NCBI GenBank assembly: GCA_040753335.1
Contig: JBFMEM010000001.1
Location: 1 to 31,428 of the forward strand
Length of the DNA: 31,428 nucleotides
Reading direction: 5' to 3'
DNA from: Candidatus Micrarchaeota archaeon
GTDB taxonomy: Archaea; Micrarchaeota; Micrarchaeia; Norongarragalinales; UBA8480
Shown here: piece after piece, positions 16,181 to 24,537 of the stretch
Numbering within the stretch: the stretch's first letter is position 1
Layout of the letters: every line of letters begins with the position of its first letter
Translations under genes and position numbers: made by a program
Notes under the pieces: model-generated
The model's input: only the letters and a program-made list of their open reading frames with translations
Told to the model about the DNA's origin: nothing
Database searches by the model: none

Positions 16181-17380
16181 TCACGCGCGCTCTTTGTACT
16201 TGCGGTTGAACGCCTCTAGCTTTGCTTCGTCGAGATAAGAATCGCTTTTCCCGATGCCGCTGCTTATGATGTACTCCCGTATTGCGCGGGGGTCGATTCC
16301 CTTGGCGCGCATTCCCCGCAGCGTCGGCGCCCGCGGGTCCTCCCACCCCGTCAGCTCTCCTTTTGCTATCGCCTCGCGGATGGCCGACTTGTGCTCGAGT
16401 CCACCCCGTATTTTCAGCACGCCTGTTTCAACCGAGTGCGGCTGAAGCCAGCCAAAGGCCTCGTAGACAAAACGCTGTTTCTCGGCGTTCAACTCGTGTT
16501 CCTTCCCCCGGATCACGAGGTTTATCTGCATCTCGTGGTCGTCAACTGCCGCAGCAAAGTTGTACAACGGCCAAACGCGGTACCTCGTTCCAGTAACGGG
16601 GTGGGCCTCGTCGATTATTCTTAGCATCACCCAGTCGCGAATCGACGAATTCGGGTGCGCCATTCCGGTCTTCATGCGCACCACCGCCTTTTCTTCGGCG
16701 TGCGCGCCGTCAAGCATCTTCCGCCACTCGCCCAGGTTTTCTTGGGCAGCGCGCAGGCGGCAGCCGCACTCCCTTGCTTCGACGCGGTTGCGCTGCATTT
16801 CGTCCTTCGAGCAGGTGCAGACGTAAGCCTTTCCTTCGGCCAGCAGCTGCTCGGCGTACTCGTAATACAATTCCATTCGCTCGCTCTGCTTCACGACTTT
16901 GAAGATGTTGCAGCCGAGCCACTTCAAGTCTTCTTCAATGAGTTTGTAGAACTCGGGAACCGGTTTTTTAGTTCGCGGGTCGGTGTCTTCGAAGCGCAGC
17001 CAAAACTTGCCGCCGTATTTCTTGGCGTACTCGTCGTTCAAAACCGCTTGCTTGGCGTGGCCCATGTGCGCGTAGCCGCTTGGGTTCGGCGCAATCCGCG
17101 TGTTCACTGCCTCGCCCGGCTTTACCCACCGCAAGTCAGGCAGGCCTTCGCGCTGTTTTTTTTCCGGAAACTCGTATTGCGCAACTTCCGCTTCCACCTG
17201 CTTGCGGGGCAGCTCGTTGACTTCCGCGACTACTTTCACCACGAGCGCCATCGCCGCCTTCATGTCTTTCTTTGCTTCGGGCGATTCGGCAACCACTTTC
17301 GCGACCACCGCCCCAGGCTGGGCTTTGCCGTAGTCGAAGGCGTTTTTCAAAGCGTGCTTGCGCACGACTTGCTCGAGCAT
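16181..17380 (-). CDS. gltX: Archaeal-type glutamate--tRNA ligase, catalytic portion only (399 aa)
   Basis: Archaeal N-terminus (KHALKNAFDYGKA), TRIAPNPSGYAHMGH, LRFEDTDP, YVCTC...CGCR, VWPLYNFAAAVDDH, IRGKEH, GWEDPRAPTL; ends just after LEAFNRKY. Confidence 0.85.
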   Translation of the reverse strand: MLEQVVRKHALKNAFDYGKAQPGAVVAKVVAESPEAKKDMKAAMALVVKVVAEVNELPRKQVEAEVAQYEFPEKKQREGLPDLRWVKPGEAVNTRIAPNPSGYAHMGHAKQAVLNDEYAKKYGGKFWLRFEDTDPRTKKPVPEFYKLIEEDLKWLGCNIFKVVKQSERMELYYEYAEQLLAEGKAYVCTCSKDEMQRNRVEARECGCRLRAAQENLGEWRKMLDGAHAEEKAVVRMKTGMAHPNSSIRDWVMLRIIDEAHPVTGTRYRVWPLYNFAAAVDDHEMQINLVIRGKEHELNAEKQRFVYEAFGWLQPHSVETGVLKIRGGLEHKSAIREAIAKGELTGWEDPRAPTLRGMRAKGIDPRAIREYIISSGIGKSDSYLDEAKLEAFNRKYKERA

Positions 17381-17407
17381 GCAAGCTTTGGGGCGAGAGC
17401 CTATAAA

Positions 17408-18100
17408 TTAGTGGGGGGGCTTTACGCCCTCTTGGGCTTGAATGCGGCGGATTGCCTTGTGCAGCTTGTCGTAAGCAATCGCGGCGTCGGCGTCGTGCAG
17501 GAAGAAGCTAATTATGCGATAGGTCGAGAAACACCCCAGTATGGTGATGCCGTGGGCCGCCAGCTGCTCGGTCAAGAAATTCAGCAACCCCGGAGTTTCC
17601 AGCGCGCCCGGGTCGTAGAAAACAGTCAGCACGGTAACGTCGTCAACGCGCGCAAGCACGTCCTCGGGCCCGACGAAAGCCAGCACGTGGTCCATGAACT
17701 TGTGGTTGCCGGCGACAGTGATTTCGTCGCTCCTCATCAGCAAATACTGTTTCTCGCCGACCGCCCAGTTCACGGTTTTCTCGAGTTCAAGCAACTCGTT
17801 GTAGAGCCGCGGCACCGGCTTGAGGTGGAGGACGAAAAACCCGGCGCGGAGAATGAGCTTGCAGCCGGCTGCGTACGCCAGCATCTGCTTCTGCTCCCGC
17901 CATGAAACGTTTTTGTAACCCCGGCGTATGGCCATGACTATGGCGTCGATGGAAACCGGTTCGCCGGCCTTGCGCTCAATGTCGCCATGAATCAACCGCG
18001 CCAAAGCCGACAAGTTCACCAAGTCGTACTTGAACGGAAGGCCCAGGAACTGCATTTCGCCAAGAATCTCTTCCACTGCGTCGGAAACAGACGTGCCCAC
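17408..18100 (-). CDS. ACT-domain-containing regulator-like protein
   Basis: N-terminal VNLSALARLI...IDAIVMAIRR helices and C-terminal ACT-like ETPGLLNFLTEQLAAHGITILGCFSTYRIISFFL. Start moved to GTG 18100 (GGGGGT SD). Confidence 0.7.
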   Translation of the reverse strand: MGTSVSDAVEEILGEMQFLGLPFKYDLVNLSALARLIHGDIERKAGEPVSIDAIVMAIRRGYKNVSWREQKQMLAYAAGCKLILRAGFFVLHLKPVPRLYNELLELEKTVNWAVGEKQYLLMRSDEITVAGNHKFMDHVLAFVGPEDVLARVDDVTVLTVFYDPGALETPGLLNFLTEQLAAHGITILGCFSTYRIISFFLHDADAAIAYDKLHKAIRRIQAQEGVKPPH

Positions 18101-18491
18101 TGCTAAAACCCCCTTCTGAATACTGAAAAAGACGCCAGATATTATTACTAACACGAATAAAAGCCTTTGCATTATGAACAGAACCCCCCACAAACAAACA
18201 AACAGTGAAAATAACCACAGATATTCGTTCGTAAAATAACACTTTTTCAGAAACCAAAGCAAACAGTTGTTTTTACAACTCCTTCGTCGGTAAACAAAAG
18301 GCTTTTATATGGGGGGCGCTAAAGGAAGTGGAAGGAGGCAAAAAAGCAGTAATGTTGTTGGGCTTCGGCCCGACGGTGGGTTGAAAGAGGATTTGCGGCG
18401 AACCCCAAGGAGGTAATCCTAAAATTGCCAAAACCTCTTTCTCCCTTACACTAACCGCAGCAACAAAGCCTCACCGAGGAGGTGAAGCGCG

Positions 18492-18713
18492 TTGTACGGG
18501 GTTGAGAAAGCTGAAGAACAAGGCTTCAGCCCAAGCTCCCTAGTTTCCACGCCGGTTTTGCTTAGCGCAATCGGGGCCTTCGAGCTGGTCGCGGCGTCAA
18601 ACGCCGGCGCGGCAACCGTGTTCTTCGGACTCGCTGCCCTGGCGGCCTTTTGGCCAAAGACAAGCGCGGACGCGGTGGTTGGAAACAACCACAAGCCGGA
18701 CTACGGCTTCTAG
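18492..18713 (+). CDS. Small hydrophobic (about two-TM) hypothetical protein, 73 aa
   Basis: GGAGGTGA SD 6 nt before TTG; two hydrophobic stretches. Confidence 0.55.
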   Translation: MYGVEKAEEQGFSPSSLVSTPVLLSAIGAFELVAASNAGAATVFFGLAALAAFWPKTSADAVVGNNHKPDYGF

Positions 18714-19546
18714 AAAAACGCGAGCGACGCGTAGTCGACTACCGCCAGTTCTCCGGTTGCAGGACCCGAGTTACTGAAGTGCAGCAGCCTCGCCTTCTTC
18801 GCGCCCCGCAGCCCCGCGAATTCTATTGCAGTTGCTATTGCAGCCGGGCCGCAGGCAGTGACCCTCCGTTCTTCAATGCGGCGCAGGAACTCTCTTGCGT
18901 CAAGCTCCAGCGCCGCTTCGAGGGCGTAACGGTCTTTTTCAGCCGCCTGGCGCGCCGGCTCGTAGTGAGTCAAGTCGCTGCTCGCCACTACAAACAGCGG
19001 CTGCTTAGTTTTCTGGCCAGCAAAGGCAACTGCTTTCGCCAGATCTCTTGCAACGTCGAGGTCTTGGCGCAGCAATGCAACTGCGACGAACTCGAAGTCG
19101 CTTCCAAACAAGTGCTGCAGGAAAGGCAGCTGCACCTCCGCCGAGTGCTCGGCCTCGTGCGCGGGCTCGTCGACAGAAGCGAACTCCGACTTTTCCAGAA
19201 TGGCCGCCGCGACTTTCTGCGAACACTTTGCTTTACCCAACGGCGTCAGCCAGTCTTCAGTGCTTACCGCAACTTCCGCGCCGTAACCGGAGTGATTAGG
19301 GCAGGGAATGACAAAAACCGGCTGGGTCACCTTGCGGCGATCGCAAGCTTGCTTCAGCGCCTTGAACGAATGCATCGCGGTAAAACCGGAATAAACCCAG
19401 CCGGCGTGCGGAACAACGCAAGAAACCACTTTTTCCTTGACATCTACTTTACAGCGTTCGTCGAAGTCCGAAAGCATGCGCTCGCAATCCTTTCTCGTCG
19501 AGGGATAAAAGGCTCCTGCGACCGCGGGGCCGCGCATGCGAATCAC
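18710..19546 (-). CDS. amrB: AmmeMemoRadiSam system protein B (MEMO1 family)
   Basis: RGPAVAGAFYP, VVPHAGWVYSG, PNHSG, EHSAEVQLPFLQ, VASSDLTHY, TACGPAAI. Confidence 0.92.
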   Translation of the reverse strand: MIRMRGPAVAGAFYPSTRKDCERMLSDFDERCKVDVKEKVVSCVVPHAGWVYSGFTAMHSFKALKQACDRRKVTQPVFVIPCPNHSGYGAEVAVSTEDWLTPLGKAKCSQKVAAAILEKSEFASVDEPAHEAEHSAEVQLPFLQHLFGSDFEFVAVALLRQDLDVARDLAKAVAFAGQKTKQPLFVVASSDLTHYEPARQAAEKDRYALEAALELDAREFLRRIEERRVTACGPAAIATAIEFAGLRGAKKARLLHFSNSGPATGELAVVDYASLAFF

Positions 19547-19794
19547 TTCCCGCCTCCCGCCCGAGCTTTTTCAAGCGCGAGGCTCACTTCATTTTTCACC
19601 TGGTCGTACGGAGGCAGGAACGCGAGAAGGCTTTTCAGCCCAACTTCGTATTCTTGCTGGCCCGGGAACTTGACTGCCGCGAGGCTTTCCTCGCGCAGTT
19701 TTTCGGCCAAGAGCGCCTCGTCTATGCCGACGCTGTTTTGCAAAAGCATCCAAACGTCGTAAAGGTCGCGCTGCTCAAGCACACTCAATTGCAT
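19543..19794 (-). pseudogene. C-terminal fragment of an AbiEii/DUF1814-type nucleotidyltransferase
   Basis: 83 aa with RDLYDVWMLL near its start, a motif typical of the C-terminal part of AbiEii-like proteins; no N-terminal catalytic region upstream. Confidence 0.55.
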
Positions 19795-19808
19795 TTTTCT
19801 TTCAATCC

Positions 19809-19847
19809 AGTAGTTTTTCTACTAAAAGAACACAAAACTACTATAAA
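19809..19847. promoter_or_regulatory. Inverted-repeat operator-like site next to a TATA box
   Basis: AGTAGTTTT (19809-19817) / AAAACTACT (19834-19842) perfect 9-bp IR; nested AGTAG-N5-CTACT; minus-strand TTTATA at 19842-19847. Confidence 0.5.
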
Positions 19848-19892
19848 GGCGTGGGGGCGGCGCGACCGCAGGCGGCCCGAGGGCTCACCGCG

Positions 19893-20204
19893 TTATTTAC
19901 CGAGAGGATATTTTTCGAAGTGCCCGCCCGTAAGCGACTTTAGTTTTTTGATTTGCGCTAGAACAGCCCGTCTCCGCAGTTCAGCTTCGGCAGGGCCTTG
20001 GTGAGAGGTCTCAAGAGTCTGTTCTAATCGCTCAATCATTTTTTGGATCCTAAGCAGACGCATACGCGCGTCAGTATGTTGTTCACCGAGCTCTTCATGT
20101 CTTCTTGACTGGAATTCCAGTTGGTCCAAAGTATTGCGAACTTCGTCCAGCTTTGCTTTAATCACATAATGAGGTTCAAAACGTCGTTGTTCTCTTTCGT
20201 CCAA
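19893..20204 (-). CDS. Hypothetical coiled-coil protein, 103 aa
   Basis: Heptad-like L/I pattern; GGAGGGGGT SD before TTG. Confidence 0.55.
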   Translation of the reverse strand: MDEREQRRFEPHYVIKAKLDEVRNTLDQLEFQSRRHEELGEQHTDARMRLLRIQKMIERLEQTLETSHQGPAEAELRRRAVLAQIKKLKSLTGGHFEKYPLGK

Positions 20205-20247
20205 ACAAACCCCCTCCTAAAATCAAGTTAGCCCGAAGTTATTAAGT

Positions 20248-21981
20248 TTACTCACCTGCTGAAATGCGGCGGATTACGCCATGCGTAGCATCGACGTGCA
20301 CTAAGTCGCCGTCCTTGAACGACTTGGTTGCAGTCCTCGTTCCAACGAGGCACGGAATGCCGAGTTCCCGCGAAACTATTGCCGCGTGGCAAGCAATTCC
20401 GCCCATGTCCGTGACTATCGCGGAAGCTTTTTTCATTCCCGTGACCAGCGACGGGTCGGTCGCGTGCGACACCAAGATGTTTCCATCCCGCATTTTAGTC
20501 AAGTCACTTGGAGAATTTACTACGCAAACGGCTCCGCGTCCCTGGCCAGGACTCGCGCATAATCCCTTGAGCTCGCGCACTTGCTCGACCGCCTTCTCGG
20601 CTTCGACGGGAAGTGTTTTCATGAATTCTCTCGCCGCGTCCCCCACGTAAACCTGTTCCCTCTCATCCTCGATGAAGAGCACGTGCAAGGCGTGGCGGGC
20701 GTCCATTTCGTGCGCGGCGACTTTCTTGCCCTGCTTGAGCAAAGACGGAATCTCCCAAGGATACAAGTAATTGGCACGCTCTCGCGTCAGGCCCAGCCTG
20801 CGGCCGACTTCCGCGTGAAAAGAATGGAGTTTGTAGAAAGCAAAGTACAGCGAGTCCTTGCGGAATCCCCGCCCCCACACTATTTCGCGCGCGATTTCAA
20901 GCAAGCGCGCATGCTTTTCGTCAACGCCGAATTCCTTCAACAACGCCTCCTGTTTTTCTGCCAGCAAGTCACTGCGAACGCGCAGTTCATTCCTTAAATA
21001 AGCGAGGTTGGGGCGGTCTTTCAAGAGGCCGGCGAGGGTTTGTGCAAAGTACTCGTTCGACCACGCGGGCCCCTCGTACATGAAGGGCAGCCAGCGGAAG
21101 GAATCCGCGTGCGTGCAAAAAGCGCGGTAAAGCCGGGGGCTGGCTCCAAAGGCGTCGAAAAAACTCGGGTCGAACTTCTTAGAAGTAGTGAACAGACGAA
21201 AAGCCTGTTCGTCACCCTGGATTCTCGCGGCAAGCGCTACGAGCGCCTCTTCCTCGCGCTGGGCGTTGCTCTGCTTGCACGGAGTAGTCAGAACTGCGAA
21301 CGCGCTTCCAGCTCCCTCGGGCTTGCGCTTGTTCAAGTAAGTCATCAAATAATTCACTAACGGCGGCTCGCGCGCCAAGTCTAGGGCAAGCCAGCCCACG
21401 CCACACTCCTGGGCGCCGAGCCTAACGCGCGTCACCTCCTCCATCCACTCGGCCAACTCGGCATTGGAGTAAGACGAAAAATCTTGGGGGAAACCGCCGA
21501 AGTAAGCAAACACTGCGGAGGCAGTGTTCGCAACCCGGCGGTTTACGGCTTCCGCCCACTCGGGTTCTTCGACTACTTTTCTAAAAGTGGCGTTTGCCGC
21601 GCGCAAAAGGGCTCCTTTTTCAAGCAGCCATTCTACCTTTCCTCCCTCGTGATAAAGAATGCCCTTGCCGAAAGAAGGTATTCCGGCGAAACTCTTCAAC
21701 GAAAAGGGCTTCATTCCAGCTTCTATTAAAAGCGGCCTCGCGCGGCCAGGCGGCTTTACAGGAAACTCCTCAACGACGCACCACTCTTCCGTTTCGGCCA
21801 GTCCCTTAACATGCGCTTGTTCCTGCAGCTCCTCTTCCGCCGCCTTCACTTGCGCTTCGGAAGGCGCGCTGGAGCCGAAGTACTTTCTCAGCTTCTTCCA
21901 GCCGCCGCCTGGAAGGCGGTGGCTTGCAGTGACAAAGTAGTAGTCGCTTCCCGCCCGCACGGCTTTTTCAACGAACGCCAT
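20248..21981 (-). CDS. PEP-utilising-enzyme mobile (phospho-His) domain protein with a small N-terminal putative DNA-binding module
   Basis: C-terminal LKGLCASPG...GNILVSHATDP...IVTDMGGIACHAAIVSRELGIPCLVGT...GDLVHVDATHG; no ATP-grasp or PEP-binding domain recognised. Confidence 0.8.
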   Translation of the reverse strand: MAFVEKAVRAGSDYYFVTASHRLPGGGWKKLRKYFGSSAPSEAQVKAAEEELQEQAHVKGLAETEEWCVVEEFPVKPPGRARPLLIEAGMKPFSLKSFAGIPSFGKGILYHEGGKVEWLLEKGALLRAANATFRKVVEEPEWAEAVNRRVANTASAVFAYFGGFPQDFSSYSNAELAEWMEEVTRVRLGAQECGVGWLALDLAREPPLVNYLMTYLNKRKPEGAGSAFAVLTTPCKQSNAQREEEALVALAARIQGDEQAFRLFTTSKKFDPSFFDAFGASPRLYRAFCTHADSFRWLPFMYEGPAWSNEYFAQTLAGLLKDRPNLAYLRNELRVRSDLLAEKQEALLKEFGVDEKHARLLEIAREIVWGRGFRKDSLYFAFYKLHSFHAEVGRRLGLTRERANYLYPWEIPSLLKQGKKVAAHEMDARHALHVLFIEDEREQVYVGDAAREFMKTLPVEAEKAVEQVRELKGLCASPGQGRGAVCVVNSPSDLTKMRDGNILVSHATDPSLVTGMKKASAIVTDMGGIACHAAIVSRELGIPCLVGTRTATKSFKDGDLVHVDATHGVIRRISAGE

Positions 21982-22026
21982 GCACTATTGTGTCCACTTT
22001 AAAAAATAAATAGTTTTGTGTCCACA

Positions 22027-23082
22027 CTAGGAAGACAGCTTCTTTAGCGCCTCTCTTATGGCCCTTGCCCGCCTTCCGAGTCTTGCTGCGCGGAGGACGG
22101 CGCGGGCTTCGGCAACTGCCGCAGATAGCCTTCTCTGAGCGTCTTGAAGCGCGGCATGGCTGGCCCGCGCTGCTTTTAACTCTTCTCTCGCGCCAGCGTG
22201 CTCCTTCACCAATTCGGCCAGCTTGGCGCCGACGTTTAAATTGGCCGCTTGCGTTTGACGCGCTTGGGTTTCCCACTCCCTAAGTGCCTCGTTTACGCTC
22301 GCTAACTGTGCTTCCGCCGCCGCGCGGCGGCGTGACTCTTCAACCAGTTTTTGCTCTGCGGCGGACGCGGCTTCCCTGGCTTCGGCCAGCTGCTGTCTCG
22401 CGGTTTTTCCAGGCAGCGCCTTCAAGGCTTGCGGCGACTCGACGAACACGAGGGGCGTATTCGTGTCAGCAAACGAGCGCGCCAAGATACTGAAGTAACT
22501 TTGGGCGGCTGAGTCTGCGCCAAAGCTTTGAACAACGTGCGTGCCTGTCTTGCCAAAATCATAAACGTCTTTCCTCGACAGCGACCAACCTCGGCTCTCA
22601 GGAGGCTCCTGAAACACGGCGTGCACAAAAGCCTTTCCTTCTTCTGGCCCTTTCCCGAAAAAAACTGCTGCGCCGGTAATATTTACGTCCGCTGGTTTTT
22701 TTCCAGTTGCTTGCCCAACGCTTCTCAAAAACAAGTCTCGAATGCTCTCGGCAGAAATGTTTGCGCCCGTAGCGGTTTTAAGCGCTTCCCACAAAGGAAC
22801 TGGCTCCCTTGCTCCTTTTCGCGCCGTAGCCCAGACCTTCCAGTCATGTGGCCGCGCAGCCGCAAAAGAGCCATAGTAGTCCGCCGGCCGCCCAGTGTAC
22901 TTAACTACGTTTAGTTCTGTGAGGTGTGGATCCAGCATTTCGTAGTGGCGTAAGACAGCGTGTCTTTCCCTTGTCTTTGCTCCAATAAAGTGACCGCGCT
23001 CAAGCACTTTTGCCCTCAGCTCGTCGCCGGCTAGTTTTCCTCTCTCTGGCACCAACACTCTAACTTCAGCCACTTGCACCAC
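22027..23082 (-). CDS. Hypothetical protein with a C-terminal Ala/Arg/Glu-rich coiled coil
   Basis: 351-aa ORF downstream of an AT-rich promoter-like tract near 23106-23116; no family recognised. Confidence 0.65.
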   Translation of the reverse strand: MVQVAEVRVLVPERGKLAGDELRAKVLERGHFIGAKTRERHAVLRHYEMLDPHLTELNVVKYTGRPADYYGSFAAARPHDWKVWATARKGAREPVPLWEALKTATGANISAESIRDLFLRSVGQATGKKPADVNITGAAVFFGKGPEEGKAFVHAVFQEPPESRGWSLSRKDVYDFGKTGTHVVQSFGADSAAQSYFSILARSFADTNTPLVFVESPQALKALPGKTARQQLAEAREAASAAEQKLVEESRRRAAAEAQLASVNEALREWETQARQTQAANLNVGAKLAELVKEHAGAREELKAARASHAALQDAQRRLSAAVAEARAVLRAARLGRRARAIREALKKLSS

Positions 23083-23122
23083 CTAACATGAGAACGACAA
23101 GAAAGTATTATAATATACGGCG

Positions 23123-24442
23123 TTACAGAAGGCCGCGCTCGCGCAGGATTTTCTTCAGCTCGTCGTTGGCGTCAACATACTCGTAGGCGACGCGGTACGC
23201 CGGCTTTGCTATCCTAACGTGCTTAGCCAAGTCGATCGGCGTCCCGATGATTACGGCGTCGGCATCTTTTGCCGCGGCAATGGTTTGCTCGAGTTCGGAC
23301 ATCTGCTGTTTTCCGTAACCCATGGCGGGCAAAATCGCGTCCAAGTGGGGGTACTTCTCGTAAGTAGCTTTAATGGACCCGACTGCGAAGGGCCTTGCGT
23401 CGACGATGACCGCGCCGGCTCTTTGGGCGGCAATCATTCCAGCGCCGTACTTCATTTCGCCGTGCGTCAAAGTCGGGCCGTCTTCGACGACAATGACTTT
23501 TTTTCCTTTGAGCTCGGCTTCGCGTTCTACAGTAATCCTGCTTGCGGCCTTAATGATTTTTGCTCCGGGGTTGGCTTTGCGCACGTTCTCCTCCACTAAA
23601 GCAACGTCTTTGGGCCTTGCGCTGTCGACTTTGTTTATTACCACGACGTCGGCCATGCGCACGTTGACCTCGCCAGGATAGTAGGCGGTTTCGTGGCCGG
23701 GCCTGTGCGGGTCTGCCACGGTAATCAGCAAGTCGGGCTTGTAGAAAGCAAAGTCGTTGTTCCCGCCGTCGAATAGAATCACGTCGGCTTCCTTCTCGGC
23801 TTCGCGCAGGATGGCGCCGTAGTCCACCCCTGCGTACACCACGAGGCCGCGTTCGACGTAGGGCTCGTACTCCTCCATTTCCTCTATTGTGCACTCGTGC
23901 TTCTCGAGGTCGGCGTAAGACGCGAAGCGCTGGATCGCCTGCTTGGCCAGGCTGCCGTAAGGCATCGGGTGGCGTACCGCGACGCACTTCCTGCCCGCTT
24001 CGTTCAACAGTTTCGAGATGTACCGGCTGGTCTGGCTTTTTCCCGAGCCAGTGCGAACTGCGCAGACTGCAATGACCGGCTTGCTGGCCTTCAGTTGGGT
24101 TGCCTTCGGCCCAAGCAGCCAAAAGTCGGCGCCGGCTGCGTTGACGCGCGCGGAAATGTTGCCGACCGCTTGGTAGGAGAGATCGCTGTAGGAAAGAACT
24201 CCGACGTCAACGCGTTTTTCGGCAATTATTTTCTCGAGATTCTTTTCTTCCTCGACTGGAATGCCGCTCGGATAAAGCCCGCCGGCCAGGACGGAGGGGT
24301 ATTTCCTGCCGGCAATGCCCGGAACTTGTTCGGCAGTGAAGCAAACAACTTCGTAGGCGGCGTTGCCGCGGAAGAAGGTGTTGAAGTTGTGGAAGTCCCT
24401 TCCAGCCGCCCCGATTATGACCACGCGCCGCTTTTCAGCCAT
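23123..24442 (-). CDS. COG2403-type P-loop protein, cyclic 2,3-diphosphoglycerate synthase-like; probably the arginine synthetase (ArcE) subgroup
   Basis: IIGAAGRDFHNFN N-terminus, AVRTGSGKSQT P-loop, RHPMPYG, DGGNND, EDGPTLTHG, LPAMGY; GGAGGT SD. Confidence 0.75.
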   Translation of the reverse strand: MAEKRRVVIIGAAGRDFHNFNTFFRGNAAYEVVCFTAEQVPGIAGRKYPSVLAGGLYPSGIPVEEEKNLEKIIAEKRVDVGVLSYSDLSYQAVGNISARVNAAGADFWLLGPKATQLKASKPVIAVCAVRTGSGKSQTSRYISKLLNEAGRKCVAVRHPMPYGSLAKQAIQRFASYADLEKHECTIEEMEEYEPYVERGLVVYAGVDYGAILREAEKEADVILFDGGNNDFAFYKPDLLITVADPHRPGHETAYYPGEVNVRMADVVVINKVDSARPKDVALVEENVRKANPGAKIIKAASRITVEREAELKGKKVIVVEDGPTLTHGEMKYGAGMIAAQRAGAVIVDARPFAVGSIKATYEKYPHLDAILPAMGYGKQQMSELEQTIAAAKDADAVIIGTPIDLAKHVRIAKPAYRVAYEYVDANDELKKILRERGLL

Positions 24443-24537
24443 GCTCCAACCTCCTTTCGTCCACTAAAGGCTAGCAGTCAGCAACTTGCCTTTCTTGGTT
24501 GAGGAAAAAAACGGAGGCCGCGGCTTTAAATCCTTGC

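Noticed and set aside
16100-16181. Frameshifted continuation that would complete GluRS
   Set aside because: The sequence after the stop is the promoter and signal peptide of the next gene; no anticodon-domain remnant.
16125-16346. N-terminal extension of the 1032-aa ORF as given in the track
   Set aside because: It overlaps the gltX end and crosses the TATA box; the class III signal only works from a start near 16124.
16655-17905. 416-aa plus-strand ORF (likewise 8487-9464, 9509-10360, 18650-19762, 28415-29398)
   Set aside because: Antisense shadows of well-supported genes in GC-rich DNA.
18191-18204. (CAAA)3 microsatellite
   Set aside because: Too short to be meaningful in an AT-rich intergenic tract.
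18101-18262. Hydrophobic N-terminal extension of the ACT protein
   Set aside because: It runs through an AT-rich intergenic tract; homology-like sequence and an SD point to GTG 18100.
21685-21698. Partial match (11 of 12 nt, minus strand) to the would-be guide AAGAGTTTTGCC
   Set aside because: A 12-mer with one mismatch is not surprising in 63 kb of double-stranded sequence, and the match does not extend.
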